Shown one piece after another: positions 1 through 12,841 of a DNA stretch of 64,000 nucleotides. This DNA comes from Haliotis rubra (lineage: Eukaryota): positions 1 through 64,000 of the forward strand of contig NW_025765438.1 in assembly GCF_003918875.1 (NCBI RefSeq), given 5' to 3'. Each line of letters begins with the position of its first letter. The stretch's first letter is position 1. The translations under genes and the position numbers were made by a program. The notes beneath the pieces are model-generated. The model saw nothing but the letters and a program-made list of their open reading frames with translations. It was not told where the DNA came from and did no database searches.

Positions 1-10
1 CTCCCTCTGT

Positions 11-390
11 CAGCCCTGATGACCCGTCACGGGGTCCAACTGTACTCCAACCACCTGTCACCAGTGCTGACCTGTCACCCAAATGCCAAGGTATTCAAGC
101 CTGCTGTCACCCCTGATGTGATGTCTGGGTCGGATGTCCCAAGTCGTCTGTCAGCAGTATGGATCGTCACCAAGGTCAAGTCACCCCTCCCCTCATGTCC
201 CAGCCCTGATGACCCGTCACCAAGGTCAACTGTACTCCAGCCCATCTGTCACCAGTGACGACCTGTCCACCAGAGTACCATTGTATTCAAGCCTGCTGTC
301 ACCCTGATGTGTGATGTCCTGGGTCGGATGTCCCCGAGTCGTCTGTCTGGTAGCGGATCCGTCACCAAGGTCAAGGGTCACCCACCCCTC
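11..390. repeat. Tandem ~190-bp duplication upstream of RT
   Basis: cagccctgatgacccgtcac at 11 and 201 with colinear downstream sequence. Confidence 0.75.
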
Positions 391-429
391 AACTGGATCG
401 GCGGCTGCCTAGGACCAGCCTACACAAGA

Positions 430-3400
430 TGGCTATCGTCGCCGGGCTGCAGACTTAGCAATTGATTTAACTCAAAGCTAGAAAGAAAACCTCACGCGCG
501 GGCAGGGACGCGTGTTTTCTTAGTTGCCATGGGGATGTGTTAAGCAAAGGACATCACAGAGCCGGTGCTACTCTTGTTGCCATTTGACACGGAACCGCAC
601 AAGCCACTCGTCAACACGGCCTACCTAGTATTTAAATGGCAGCCAGAAGAACTTGGTAAGCATTTTACAACAAATGTTTGGATAACGGTATGTTGGCTTC
701 ATCCAGCCTTCTCCGTGGGCTGCCCCAGTGCTACTGGTCAGAAGCGTGACCTTACGACACGCTTTGCGTGGACTTCCGCCGTTTGAATAAGATTTCGACC
801 CTCGAACGAACAGCTATATAACAGTGAATATTGACCGGTCGTTGATGTCCCTGGGTACCAGTAAATTTTGGCTGGATCTTAGCGCGTGCGGATGACCACC
901 CAAGTTCCGGCCGGGACAACCGGGAAAGGGCGACAGCCTTCATCGTCCAAGGCGAAGGAGCGTACCAGTTTAAGGATGTGCCGTAAACGCTTGGCTTCGA
1001 ACATTGTCGCATCATCATTGTTCTCCTCCATGTCCCTGGAGGATCTGTCATAGCTATTTGGATGACCTCCTCGACGCCGAAACGTTTGAAGACCATGAGC
1101 ATCTAGAGGCGGTCTTCGCCCAGAGCTCGAATGGCAAATTTACGGCTAAGAAACCCTCAAAGGTGCCATTTTGCCCTTTCCACTATGAATTACCTGGGTC
1201 ATGTGATCTCAAAGGAAGGCGTTGCTATGGACCCGAAGCCAAAGGTTGACAGTGTGGTCACCTACCCTCAACCCTACATGCACAAAGAGGCTCCCGCTCC
1301 TTCTTGGTGGCTGGATCACTATGGGAAATTCATAAAGGAGTTGCATCCCCAACATTGTCAGACCTCTACATGCGCCTACTGAGGGAAGGATACTCCCTTA
1401 TGCCTGGACGGCTACCACGGAACGGGCATTTGCAACTCTCAAGTCAGCACTCCACATCAGCCTATCTAGCATATCAGACTTCCACTAAGCCCTTCCTTAT
1501 TGGCGTGTGATGCCTCCGACAATGTGTTGGGTTTGTTTATCTCAAAGGGAGATGGCAGGAACGCAATCTCATTCGCGGGTAAAAGCTTATTATCTCCAAC
1601 ACAGAAGAATATTCCAATCACCGAGGGTGTCTGGCTATTGTATTTGGGCTATCAAACACTACCACCCATTCTTGGCGGACAGTCACTGTACGGTTGTCAC
1701 CCGACCGCGCAGCCCTACAATGCTTGAACTCCATCAAAGGGACGCCGCCGGACGACTCGGTCGCTGGAGCATACTGCTATCACAATGTGACCTTCACATC
1801 ACTTACGTCCACAGGCCCAAGAACGGCAATGCCGACGCCCTCTCAGCCGGCAGCCTACCCTCCCTAGAGGATAATGAACAAAGAGGAACTACTAGGGATC
1901 AGTACAATCAATACACCATACCAACAGCGGAACATGACGCGATCGGGTCCGGGCAGGAGACGGGCACCCGATGAGGATACACACCAACCACGAGGTACCC
2001 AGAAGGATTACTTCAAGATCAGCTACGCGGCCTACAACTCCAGGAGACCCTTCCTTCCGGAAATTATGGATTATGTGGAAAGGGGACACTGCAAGGATGA
2101 CCGACAGCCCGGCGTGTCATGCTTGAGGCCGAATTATGAAATGGATGAGGGACTTCTCATGCCACTTCTATACTCCCCAGAGATCCTTTGGAACTCCAGG
2201 GACATACAGGCAGATTTGTGTCCCTGCACCACTCCAGACCAAGGAACTATCGCGAGGCCTACCATGACCACCTCCTTGCTACACACCCTGGAATAGATCG
2301 TTTGCTATGCAGCCATTACGACTCAAATATTACTGGAAGGGATGTACAATTTTGTCCAAGATGGCCAGTTGCCACATGTGTACAATGCCAGGCTGCTAAA
2401 CGCGACTTTCGGTATCGCCCTGCCCGCAGAACCATTGCAGATCGTCGACGTGTTTGACCGGTGGTCCATAGACCTATTAGGCAAATTTACAACAACCAGC
2501 GAGGGGGTATCAGTATGTTCGCGAAGGGTCTGTGTCGACTCTGCTTCAAGATGGTGTGAAACCTCTCCAAACCAAAACAACCAAAGGAAGTCAGCTACGG
2601 CAGCATTCTATGATAGCATAAATCACCCATACTCTACCCGAGAGCTCTTCTGACAGATAATGGGGGTAGAGTTCATCTAAGCGCCTCCTCACAGAGCTCT
2701 ACCAAACAAGCAAGTCAAGCGACTCCGGACATCCCATTCCGCCCGCAGACTAGTAAAACGGAACAGATGAACAGTGTCATCGCTCAAACTGTCCCAGGGG
2801 TCTACTGTAGGGATGCTAGGGAAGCCTAGCCACATCGCCCAAGCATTATGGCGGGATACCGGCCGGGCCAGCCATCAACTACTGGCTACTCACCATACTT
2901 CGCATGGTCTATGGACGGGAACCCGGCTTATCGACAACATCTTACAACCTCTCCCAGATAGCCTCCATTACACAGTCAGGAACAGGGTTACCGCGCCAGC
3001 TATATGACAACTTGGATATTGCTCGACATATCGCTCCAGGAGCCAACGTTAAATCAGCACAAGAGACATACAAGGCCGAGATATGACCTCAAAGCCCGGG
3101 ACCCAGCTTCACGGTGGGACAGAGAAAGTGTGGCTAAAGAAGGAAATACAGCCTCGCATATTTCACGAGGTTCCGGGGCCTACACGGGTCCGATTTCACA
3201 TCGTCTTCGCGTACGAAACCCCAAACTACCTGCTACGCCGATGGTAGACACACGAACCACTTCGTTCCCCAGTCCATGCCAACCGCCTCCAAACCCATGC
3301 GGTCGGGAAAACCGCCCCGTGACTTACCCTACCGGATCGCACCGACGCTGGACAAACGGATACTGTAGACACTGATACGGAGGAAGACTGGAAGAGTTCC

Positions 3401-3650
3401 ATTGATGAGTACCACTCTCGGTCTTGCGTAGGAAAACCCGAAGAAACTCAACCACCGCCAGATTTGCCCCCAGGCCACGATCTCACCAGGGACAGACCAG
3501 TCGTAGAGAAGATTTTACAGTCTAGGTGTATGGGAGGGTGTCGACACTACAAAGGTAATCGCCGGTGAAACCGAACCGATGGGTTACCACACACTGTACT
3601 ACCCGACATGCTGATGGAAGACTTCCATGCCCGTCAGACATGGACTATGA
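430..3650 (+). mobile_element. Ty3/Gypsy LTR retrotransposon pol (RT-RNaseH-integrase, possible chromodomain), heavily frameshifted
   Basis: Motifs read across frames: SPWAAPV.LV..RD.T.RF.VDFRRLN (~710-790), YLDD (~1055), CDASD (~1507), GRLGRWSILLSQ.D..I..RP.NGNADALS (~1750-1850), integrase HH-CC (~2265-2390), WSIDLLG (~2460), PF..VYGREP-like (~2900), VVEKILQSR (~3500). Confidence 0.93.
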
Positions 3651-3959
3651 AAACCAGACTTAGGACGCGGCGGGAACAACAACAGTCACCCGGCGGTACA
3701 GGAGCACTCCAAACACAGCAACCACCGTGGGTACCTAGGCGTACCGTTATGACATAAGTAGCCTTACACTTATCACACACACACCCAGATTGACCACATG
3801 CCACATATTGAATACAAAGAAAGGGAGAGCCCAGCTGTCCTGACTAGTTGATGGGAGGCAGGGCGTATCAACCAGTCACACTATAAGCCCATCGGTTAGA
3901 CAAACGAATTCTTAGGGAGAAGTTAAGACATTGGCCTATTAAAGTGAGGAGTTATGTTT

Positions 3960-4450
3960 TTCAAGATGAGGTATATGTGCACAACCTGTTGAGGGCGCAT
4001 TCTTGTGGGACAGAGATATGTATTACGCCCGTGGAGGCCGAACTTCCTGGTTTCTTATTCGGGCAGCGATATGCTTATTAGCCGATGGAGGCGACTTTCC
4101 TATAGTTTCTTGTCGGACCGAGATATGTATTAGCCCGTGGAAGCGAATTTCCTCAGAATATGAGAGATTTATATTTTTATAAGTGAATTAGCCTGTTGAG
4201 GCTGAGTCTTAATCCGATGAGATATGAATTAGCCCTGTTGAGAGGCAGAGTGTATCCCGAAGAGATATGAATTCCAGCCTGTTGGCGTAATCATCCCGAT
4301 GGGACATGTTTAGCTGTTGAGGCTGAGGAGATATGTGTATTACATGAGGGCGGGTGTGTCCGATGAAAGATACATTAGTCTGTTCATTTTGGTCATCCTG
4401 TCCGAGGAGGTTATTGTTTATTAGTCTGCTAGGGTTAAATTCTGGTTGAC
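3960..4450. repeat. Degenerate ~40-60-bp tandem repeats between pol and env
   Basis: Recurring gagatatg(t/a)attagccc..gaggc units. Confidence 0.65.
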
Positions 4451-4879
4451 GTTTGCTTGGCGACCGAACCTGAGATAATAATTTACAGTATGGGATAGTA
4501 GCGATTCGATAGTGGCGGAATGGACGACAACATAGAGGTGAGTGTGCCACTGTCAAGTGCGTGATAGTCGGCATACATCCACGAGCCATACTGCAGCAGA
4601 TAGACTGGGACGATGCCTGCCTCTCTACTGATGTGTAGCTAGATAGAGATTATTAGAGCAATTGCTCCAAGCAAAGCTAAAACAAGTCTGCATAGAGACA
4701 CGGAGTCACCGAATCACGCATACTTACAAAAACCGAGGACAACGTTACCTAACCATACTGCTTGCAGCGCCGAAAACTGTATAAATCGAAATCCCCATAC
4801 AGGAATGTGTGACGGTAATTTTATTTGTGACCACACATCCCACAATGTCCCTTATTCCCGTATATTTTATTTGTTCTCT

Positions 4880-6850
4880 CAGACATGATGGTCCCCACAA
4901 TGGCTGTTGATGGCTATCATCTAGGAGGGTCTTAGATTATCTGGGGAGGCTGAATGCATAGAGGATGACGACATCCATGACTACATTTTGGGGTTTTGTT
5001 AAGAATCTAAGAGACTTGGACTTATGACCAAACGTGGGTACATGCTTTTGCCCTTACTTTACCAAACACACTCCCTACAGACCTCACCTTTACATTTCCA
5101 CGTTAGCATTAAGCTTCCTATAAAGGGCTCTATGTCATGGTGTAGACAAGGCAAAGGGCGCGCCAAGAACCAATACTAATTATACTTTCGCCCAATATAC
5201 ATAACGCCGCCACCACTCACATCACGGGATACCCTTGACACACTTAAACACTTTATTCGGGAGGAAGGCCAGGGAGCCAGTCCATAACAAAGCTTGTTAC
5301 CGATTTTCTGGGAGACATTGCTAAAGGTCTAGCAGAGGAGTCGCCACGGAAAGGGATTTGAAAATGGTACCGACCATGTTAGTTATTGGCAGGACAAATT
5401 TACATGAGGGACATCGCCTTTAACATCACAGGCCATGCCATGTCCTCCTTTATGTCTCAAATGAGATTCCCGACTGGATAATCACCGGATTTAGGATAAT
5501 AGTACAGATTAATCATGATGATGATCAAATAGTACGTGCCTCACAGACCACAATTCGTGAAGCCGATTGGTATAAAGAAGCTATTTTCCTACTGTTACTC
5601 TTGACTGCAGCAACTTCATCACCAGCAAGCTAAACTCCCAATCCACAAGACTTAATGCTAGAAAGTACATCTAAGTTGCTTAAAGGACAATTGCCACAGA
5701 GACTTGTCTACCCACACTTCATTGTAGTCTTGAATCGGATAAGAATTACAACTAGCTTCGATTTTGGGATTTGACTTGGTGTACAATGACCCTCGTGCGT
5801 ACTATTCCTCTATGCACGTACAAACCAGACGGAAGGGAAACGTATTGTTCCTGTCTATTTGGTTCCCATTACCTTCAAGGATGATATAACCCTCTACCCA
5901 ATCAACTACTGTTCTGTCCACTACGCGAGGAGTCTATTGTACCACCATAGTCCGGAACCTTTACCTATAGCCACGGGAGGAGGAAGCAGCTTCGTCGAGA
6001 TTTACTAAAGAGTTTGTAGATCCTGTGTAAGCACAACACACACGCACTGTCTAAGGTTACCGGCCGAGGAGAGAGAGTTTTGTCGAAAGCCCCTCTCCTG
6101 TACGCTAGCCATATTACTGAACATTGATTTGGTCCACAACTGAAGATTGTAATTTCCATCTCGTGCCGACAGTTACCCAACCCCAGTTATACGAAGATTA
6201 GACGAATCGGTACTGCTGTTAAGAATCTCAGGAGGTTTGTCTACGCATTAATCAAAACTCTACAAAATACAGCCAGGCTGTAACTTCTGCATAAGCGCCT
6301 ATCTATTGTTCATGCTACTTTCGTCCAAGGCCGAAGATAAGATGCTGCCTCTCGACTCCGCGGGTTGTCGCCAAGCCCAAGATACATCTTCCCTTAACTA
6401 TACCTAAACGTGGCCTTATTTTGGCATGCTGTCAAGACATCTTAGTAGGCTTTTTTGGCAGCATTTACCGATGAACCGGTACAATATAAAACAACAGCAG
6501 AATTCCATACAGCCAACGCGTCTTTCACTAAACTTAATATCCAAACAGACAAACCAATGAGGTAGCAAACCTCCGCCATTACAGTAATAACAAAAATGAG
6601 AAACTAATGTAAATAATCTATACTGACCCCACTGGCCCGTGTGTATATGAACGCAACTGACCAGTACGGTGGTGAGGGTGCTGACTGGTTTTCGGCTCCG
6701 TGGCTTATTCCTATTATCTGCATGCATGTGGCGCTTCATAATGATCCTAGCAGTTCTACTATTCCTCACTAACCGTCGCATGGCGCCGTACGTGTCGTAG
6801 TGCTATTAATAGAGGTCGGCTTTAGCCGTCAGCAACAGGGGCGGACTCCT
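4880..6850 (+). pseudogene. env-like membrane fusion protein of the Gypsy element, frameshifted
   Basis: Hydrophobic N-terminus; fusion-peptide-like DFLGDIAKGLA-G-VATERDL (~5300-5360); GQLPQRLVYP (~5685); C-terminal hydrophobic TM segment WLIPIIC..FIMILAVLLFL (~6700-6770); lies downstream of pol. Confidence 0.62.
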
Positions 6851-9499
6851 CAGCTCTCAGTAGCCCCTTAATATGGACGCCACCAACTTCACCACGGGAC
6901 GGACCAGCCACCACCCCAGCCCTGTCGGGGTCGCGGGCTTATGTACTCAAACCCTTGTGGAACCTCGAAATGATTGTCCTTTTTATTTTGTGATAACCCT
7001 CTTCTCGCTGCATGGCCATGTATACTTTTATAAAGATACAAAATAGTACGGCCTACCACAACTGTATTTAAGAAGTTTTTCTTCCTCCACCACAAATGTC
7101 CGAATCAGCGTTTCTGGTCGCATGCCCCACCAACCGTCCGTATCGCGAATTACGTACCAGCAACCACGGTATATCCCAGACAGCGTGCAGATCAAACCAC
7201 CACTGGTTCACATCAGAAATACACATCAAATGGCCCACCCGACAATGTATCCTTTATACAGCAAAAACACCGATACCTGCGGTAACTCCCCACCAGTGGT
7301 GTTAAACCGTTCCCGATACGTGGCCGGGCGTCTGTACAACATCTTTGCAAAGGCAAATGCCTGTGTATTTTTGTACTTAGTGCAATTTCGGTACGGCCTG
7401 CATCCGGTTATGGCTGGCACATCAGCGCCTCCTCCGGTTACAGGGGTTGACCAGTTCAATTAACAGAGGATGCTTACAGGGTCTCCTCATCCGTCTCTTA
7501 ATTGTTTAGGGGTCGTCCTGTAAGGGGTTACCTGATCACTTCAGCATTTACAGGTCACATCGACAATCCATCCACAGGCCTAATCCCATAACACATCTCC
7601 AACACTTACAATGGCATATACACCTACTACCACGAACACCTCCAGAAACTCAGTCATTTAGAAATGCGGTTGGTCTAGTTTTCACTTCAGATTCACGGTA
7701 ACACAAGGGTAATTAGAAACATGTGCCTACAGGCTAAATTTGGAGGTTCATGGAAGATGTAACATTCTTGTCTGCAGCCATTTTCACATGGCGAGGAAAA
7801 AAAAAAACCAGTGAGAGATATTCGTAGAGTCATTACGGTAAAGTTCGACGGAAATCATTGACAAATTAGCAATGTACCATTGGTGTTGATATTGTTGGAC
7901 GCACTCAAGCAGATCAACCTATTCCAGTTCGACAGAGTGTTACCCTGGGACTGGCAGAAAGAAAAATCTGTTGAGTATTATTTATCACTATTATTATATA
8001 TTACGCTATAGATCGAGTTATGGTGTATATCTAACTGTTTAACGGAGATTATTTCCACACGTACATTATATGGCCACTATTGAGTTTGCATTTCATATAT
8101 CTAGTGTTTGGTTGGCGTATTGCCCATATATTGTATCCTAATTTATTCTTTGTTATCAATCTTAAATAATCATGGGCTTCATCAATACACCGTGTGGTAG
8201 ATTACAGCAGCGACGACTTTGAAGACGATCCCCACCAATTAGCATTCCTACGATGTGTGGAACAAATTGTGTGTCGCTTCTCACTCGTTTTAAAATGCCT
8301 GTTTTCATATGTTTATAACATTAGGGACCCACCCGGAATTCAAATATTAAAAAGATCAGGCGGAATTATTAAACGTGCAGGAAGAAAATTAAGGAGAGGC
8401 GTCTTTTTCTTGGCAGCCAGCCATTCTTTACAGCCCCCTGATTTGTCTGACAGAATAAGGAGGGCCCTAATTGTAGCCGTAAGCGAGACCGTCACGCCTA
8501 GCCGCGAGAGACCCGTCCATCCAGAAAATATAGATCAGGCTTTGGATATCCGGTAGGTGCTGCCCTGATGTATGGCCTGTACTTTGATTTTTCCCTCCTC
8601 GTGGTCTGAACCGTTAAAGCGGCGTTTAGGGACAGGGACGTGACCATTCTATTCCAATTGACTCAACTCCATACTGAGCATAGAGTGCGGAACTACGAGA
8701 GATTCTGGCGAAATCCTTTGCAACTGCTACCCATTCCGAGAACAAGGGTTTGGAAAGCCCTCTCTAATCCAACATCGGATAAAGAGGTGGCAACAGGGGT
8801 CAGGCGAGCTGGCGTCCAGCTTCCATGAAAGTAGGATGGGATTTTCCTTCAGTAAAGGAGGCACTGAGGGTTTGCGCCCTGGTGTACTCAGGAAATATTC
8901 CCGATCCGAGACACCCGTAGGGAAATTTCTGCGCTCACATTCTGCAAATGAAGTGTCGACGTGTTCAACACACAGGGTGTGCGGCCACACTTTTTTGAAA
9001 GTAAGCTGGGTTCCGATTTCCGCCAGGTGACACGAAATGACATGGCACCAGGGGAGCAAACATACATATGCCTGGTTGTACCCCAAAGGCAACGGCATGG
9101 ACGGGTTGGAAGGCCTTTTTGGCTGGGGTCCCCACTCCACGTCTCCCAAGTTGGTTGAATGTCAACCAGTGCCCGGATTACAGGGTTCCTATGAGAGCCG
9201 TTTATCGGTGTCCGGACGACATGTCGTCCACCCTCCGCCAGCATCCAGTGTTGTTCCCACCCAGCAGCTTTTAAGCCGATATGGCGTCATGACGTTGACA
9301 AATTACTACCGCCCCGGAGAGTTAAAGTGGTCCCGGAGGAATCAATGGTCTGTTTTATTTAGGAACAGAGTCAGCATTGCCTGACCTTCCTGAACGCCTC
9401 CGTCTCCAGTATTAAAGAGACGGATGGCCCCTACCCAGTAGAACAGCTGGTCATGAAATTAAAGTTGTTCTACCCCCTCTAAAAACCAGGGCCGTATTA

Positions 9500-10384
9500 T
9501 AGGCATGAGATTATGGTCTTTATTACAATAAGAGATATACAATTAACATTATTAATGACAGGGGATTAAGGGGGCAGAAGATACAAATTGGGAGAGTTTA
9601 GATATTTAAGATATGAAGTGAGTGGTAACGTTGTAAGGTGGGAGGTAAGGTAGAAAGTCAGTAATGTAGGTAATGAACATGAAAGTAGGTCGCTGGAGCT
9701 GATGAGTGCATAGGGGGGAATGACTCATAGCTTAGATAGAGGAAAAAGCAACTATACTATCAAGATGGGGCGACGTGGCCGGGGACCTGGCCGGGGACCT
9801 GGCCACCAGTTCCTAGTATTCTACGAGCCATATATGGTTAGGGGAGAGAGACCCTGAGTTTCCTGGAATCCACCTCACGGTCGTACAAAAATGGTAGTGG
9901 AGGTACGAAATAGAGGTGGGGGAGAGTAATAGATAGTCAGATTATGGGTTATTGACCAATAGAAAAAAAGGAAAAGGTGTTGGCTGTGACGTAGGAACCC
10001 AGGTTTAAGCGGGAGCAAAGATCAGAAACGGCAGTCTGGTGCGGGCCTGCTCTTGCTGTTGGTCACTAGGAACCGTCTGAGAAATTATCTTGAAGCACCA
10101 GCATTTTGGCTTAAGACTGAAGCTTTGCGGCTGAAGTCTTATAGAGTGACCATAGAGTAGGTTGACCAGCAACACAGTTTCAATAAAAACTATTGAACGA
10201 AGATCATCGTCTTGTGTTTGCTGGATGAACTACGGTAGAGTTCCAAGGGCCCCGGGTACTGACACTGTACCTCTCGCTCATCCCATATCGTCAGGACCGA
10301 AGTACGGGGTATACCGTAGTTCAGGTAACGACACACCATCCCAGGTACGGGATACCGACAGGTAAAATACCATCTACCTGACAG
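9500..10384 (+). repeat. Probable 3' LTR region of the Gypsy element (boundaries uncertain)
   Basis: Purine-rich tracts, CCAAT (~9956), AATAAA at ~10182, ...GACA ends at ~10360/10383; no partner LTR in the window. Confidence 0.4.
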
Positions 10385-10599
10385 GTAAAGGTGCTAGTCG
10401 GAACGCCTTGGAAAGACAATGGCATTAAATCACTTCAACAAGCCGTTAAACTCAAACGTCAGTTGAATTACACGCTACGATTGCTGCCCAACGTCATCCC
10501 AATCACTCACGAAGACCCAACCAGAGGTTTCTAGCCTGACTGCTGGTCCAGCAGGACTCAGACCACAACTACCACATCACCTACCAGAGTATTTCCAGT

Positions 10600-11660
10600 G
10601 GTGGACGATGAAATCAAAGGTCCGGCGCAAAGATCTTCTGGGCGAGCTTAAATTTCAACCTGCATCTGTGAGTAGACGCGTCTCTACAGGATTGGGGAGC
10701 ACACCTCGACACAGATGTAACCTCAGGGCTGTGGTCTCCAGAAGAGAAGCACTTCACATCAATCACCGAGATTAGGCAGTTATCCGGAGCAATTAACCAC
10801 TGGGCCCCTCGACTGACCAATCGGTCATTGAAGACCAGGACAGCCAACTCATCCAGCTAGCAGGCAATCCGGTTCTCAAACCTTCTAACTTATCCCTCAC
10901 ATGAAGAAGCAGTATCAAAATCCGAGTGTCTTCTGATCTGCACGCATGGAGCATATCAAGAAGAACTTAACCAGGCGCGGTTATTCCAGCAGAGCAGAAG
11001 TTTTCCGGTCTCTATGCAGATCTACCCTGAAGCCTGTTTGATGATAAGTGGAAGAGTCTTGACCAATTTGCTGTGAAGTAAGGAGATTCCAGCCGATATA
11101 CAACCTCGAAACCTCAAAATCTCAAGACTGGGCTCTTAGCACCCATCAGCTCTGTTTCATCAACATGGTGAAGGCTCTGAACTCACTCAGAATGTCAGAA
11201 TTCCATTCTATAGACCTCAGCCTCACCAGATTTGATAAAGGTCCCAATACATCTGTGCATCTTGGCCTCCGTTTGGATTTTATTGCCAAAATCAGCCAGA
11301 CGGACAGTTTCACATCCCACTATTATCTTCAATGCTTCTGGCAATGAAGATAAGGAAGACTTTACCACTGCGTCTGGTCTTAGTCCCACGCATCTATCTA
11401 CGTAGAACGAGCACCAGACGTCAGGAAGTTAAGACGACTCTTCATCCCGCTCATGAGAGATGTCACAGCAGAAGTATCCAAAACAACTAAGATATCCTTC
11501 TGATGAGATCGGTGATACTTCGAGCACACGGAGATGTAGGCTTAGAACCTCCCTCTGCTTACAAACCCACATTGAAGTAAAAACCAAAGAGCACTATATG
11601 GCAACTGCTCGTTCCCTACCATCATGGAAGGATGCTTTAGGGATATTTTTCTTTTTATGT
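10600..11660 (+). mobile_element. DIRS-type tyrosine-recombinase retrotransposon fragment (RNase H + YR), internally deleted
   Basis: VDASLQDWGAHL..VTSGLWSPEEK.HIN (~10670-10765), LHAWSIS (~10940), YR-like LDFIAK..RIYLRRT..LFIP..VSKTT (~11270-11500). Confidence 0.78.
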
Positions 11661-11699
11661 TCAATCACTTTTATTTGATATTATTTGCGAAGAAAAATT

Positions 11700-11950
11700 C
11701 AATTCATGCCATCCCATCAACACATGTACAGCATGTCAAAGGGCAGCTTACCAGGCAGGTCATGTCATTCTTCCACAGCCTGAACTCCCATCTCAAAGTG
11801 AGTGATACAGAAGGAAAGTGGATAGTATGTTCCCTACTGGACGACACTACACCAGAATCTTGTCAGGAGTTGGTATCTTGTCAGTACAAAGGGATGTAAC
11901 AACCGATGCAAGTGTCCTCACTTACATGCACTGGTGCGAGAGCCAGTGTT
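11700..11950 (+). mobile_element. Fragment encoding the Cys-rich CXC/TCR-like C-terminus typical of dispersed invertebrate transposon-like ORFs
   Basis: QHVK.AAYQAGH..PQPELPS..W..YWTTL..SCQELVSC..KGC..RCKC..TCT across frameshifts. Confidence 0.55.
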
Positions 11951-12841
11951 CATAACATTGACTCAGCTATGTTTTCAAGATGTTTTAACCAGTATTTTGG
12001 GTCAGTATTTTTTAAGTCGTCCCATTATTGTAAATTGATGGCAGGCCCATAGCTATAATCGGGAGCCAGAAGAGGCAAAATATTATTTATCTACTGCGCA
12101 TGCGCAAATTAAATTATTTTGAGTGCCTCCCATATCCTAAAATGTTCACTATGTATCAGTCTATAAATGTGCAAACTTTCATGCTTTTATCATTAAGTGC
12201 ACATTTTATCTGCTTAACCGCTCCACTATTTGGATGTTTTGCCTTTTTCCTTTTTTGTTCAACGTCAAACACACTCATCAATATTCCCACATGGGTACAA
12301 TTTGTGAAGTCCATTTCTGGTTTCCCCAGCCGTGATATTGCTGGAATATTGCTAAAAAAGCGGCTTAAAACCATACTCGCATTCGCATCAATATCCTGTT
12401 CACATACTGATAAGACCTGGAAAAGTTGTGATCTTGTCACGACGGATAATTTAAGCAACATGCGAGCATCATGCGAGCAACAAACTGCAAGATAAATATA
12501 TAGGTTTTGGTTGGTCCTTTACTTATTTTGATCTGAATATGCGATTCACCAGAAGATCCCGGTAGGAATTGGTCTTCAGAAACCCGTGCTTGTCGTAAGA
12601 GGCGACTAAAGGAATTAGGTGGTCAGACTCACTGACTTGATTGAAACATGTATCCCACTTGCGTAGTTCGATGCTCCAGATGTTGATCACTGGATTGTCT
12701 AATCCAGATTCGATCATGTACAGACCACTGCAATATAGCTGGAATACTTCTGAATGTGGTGTTAAAAAACATGAACTTTTTAATGTTATAACTGGAATAT
12801 TGCATAGTTTGATATTTGATAAGTATTAGACGCATACTTAC

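Noticed and set aside
16-215. CTGATGA as a hammerhead core
   Set aside because: No stem II or GAAA at a suitable distance
430-6850. Programmed frameshifting or recoding in pol/env
   Set aside because: Indels are too many and random; decay or noisy assembly explains them
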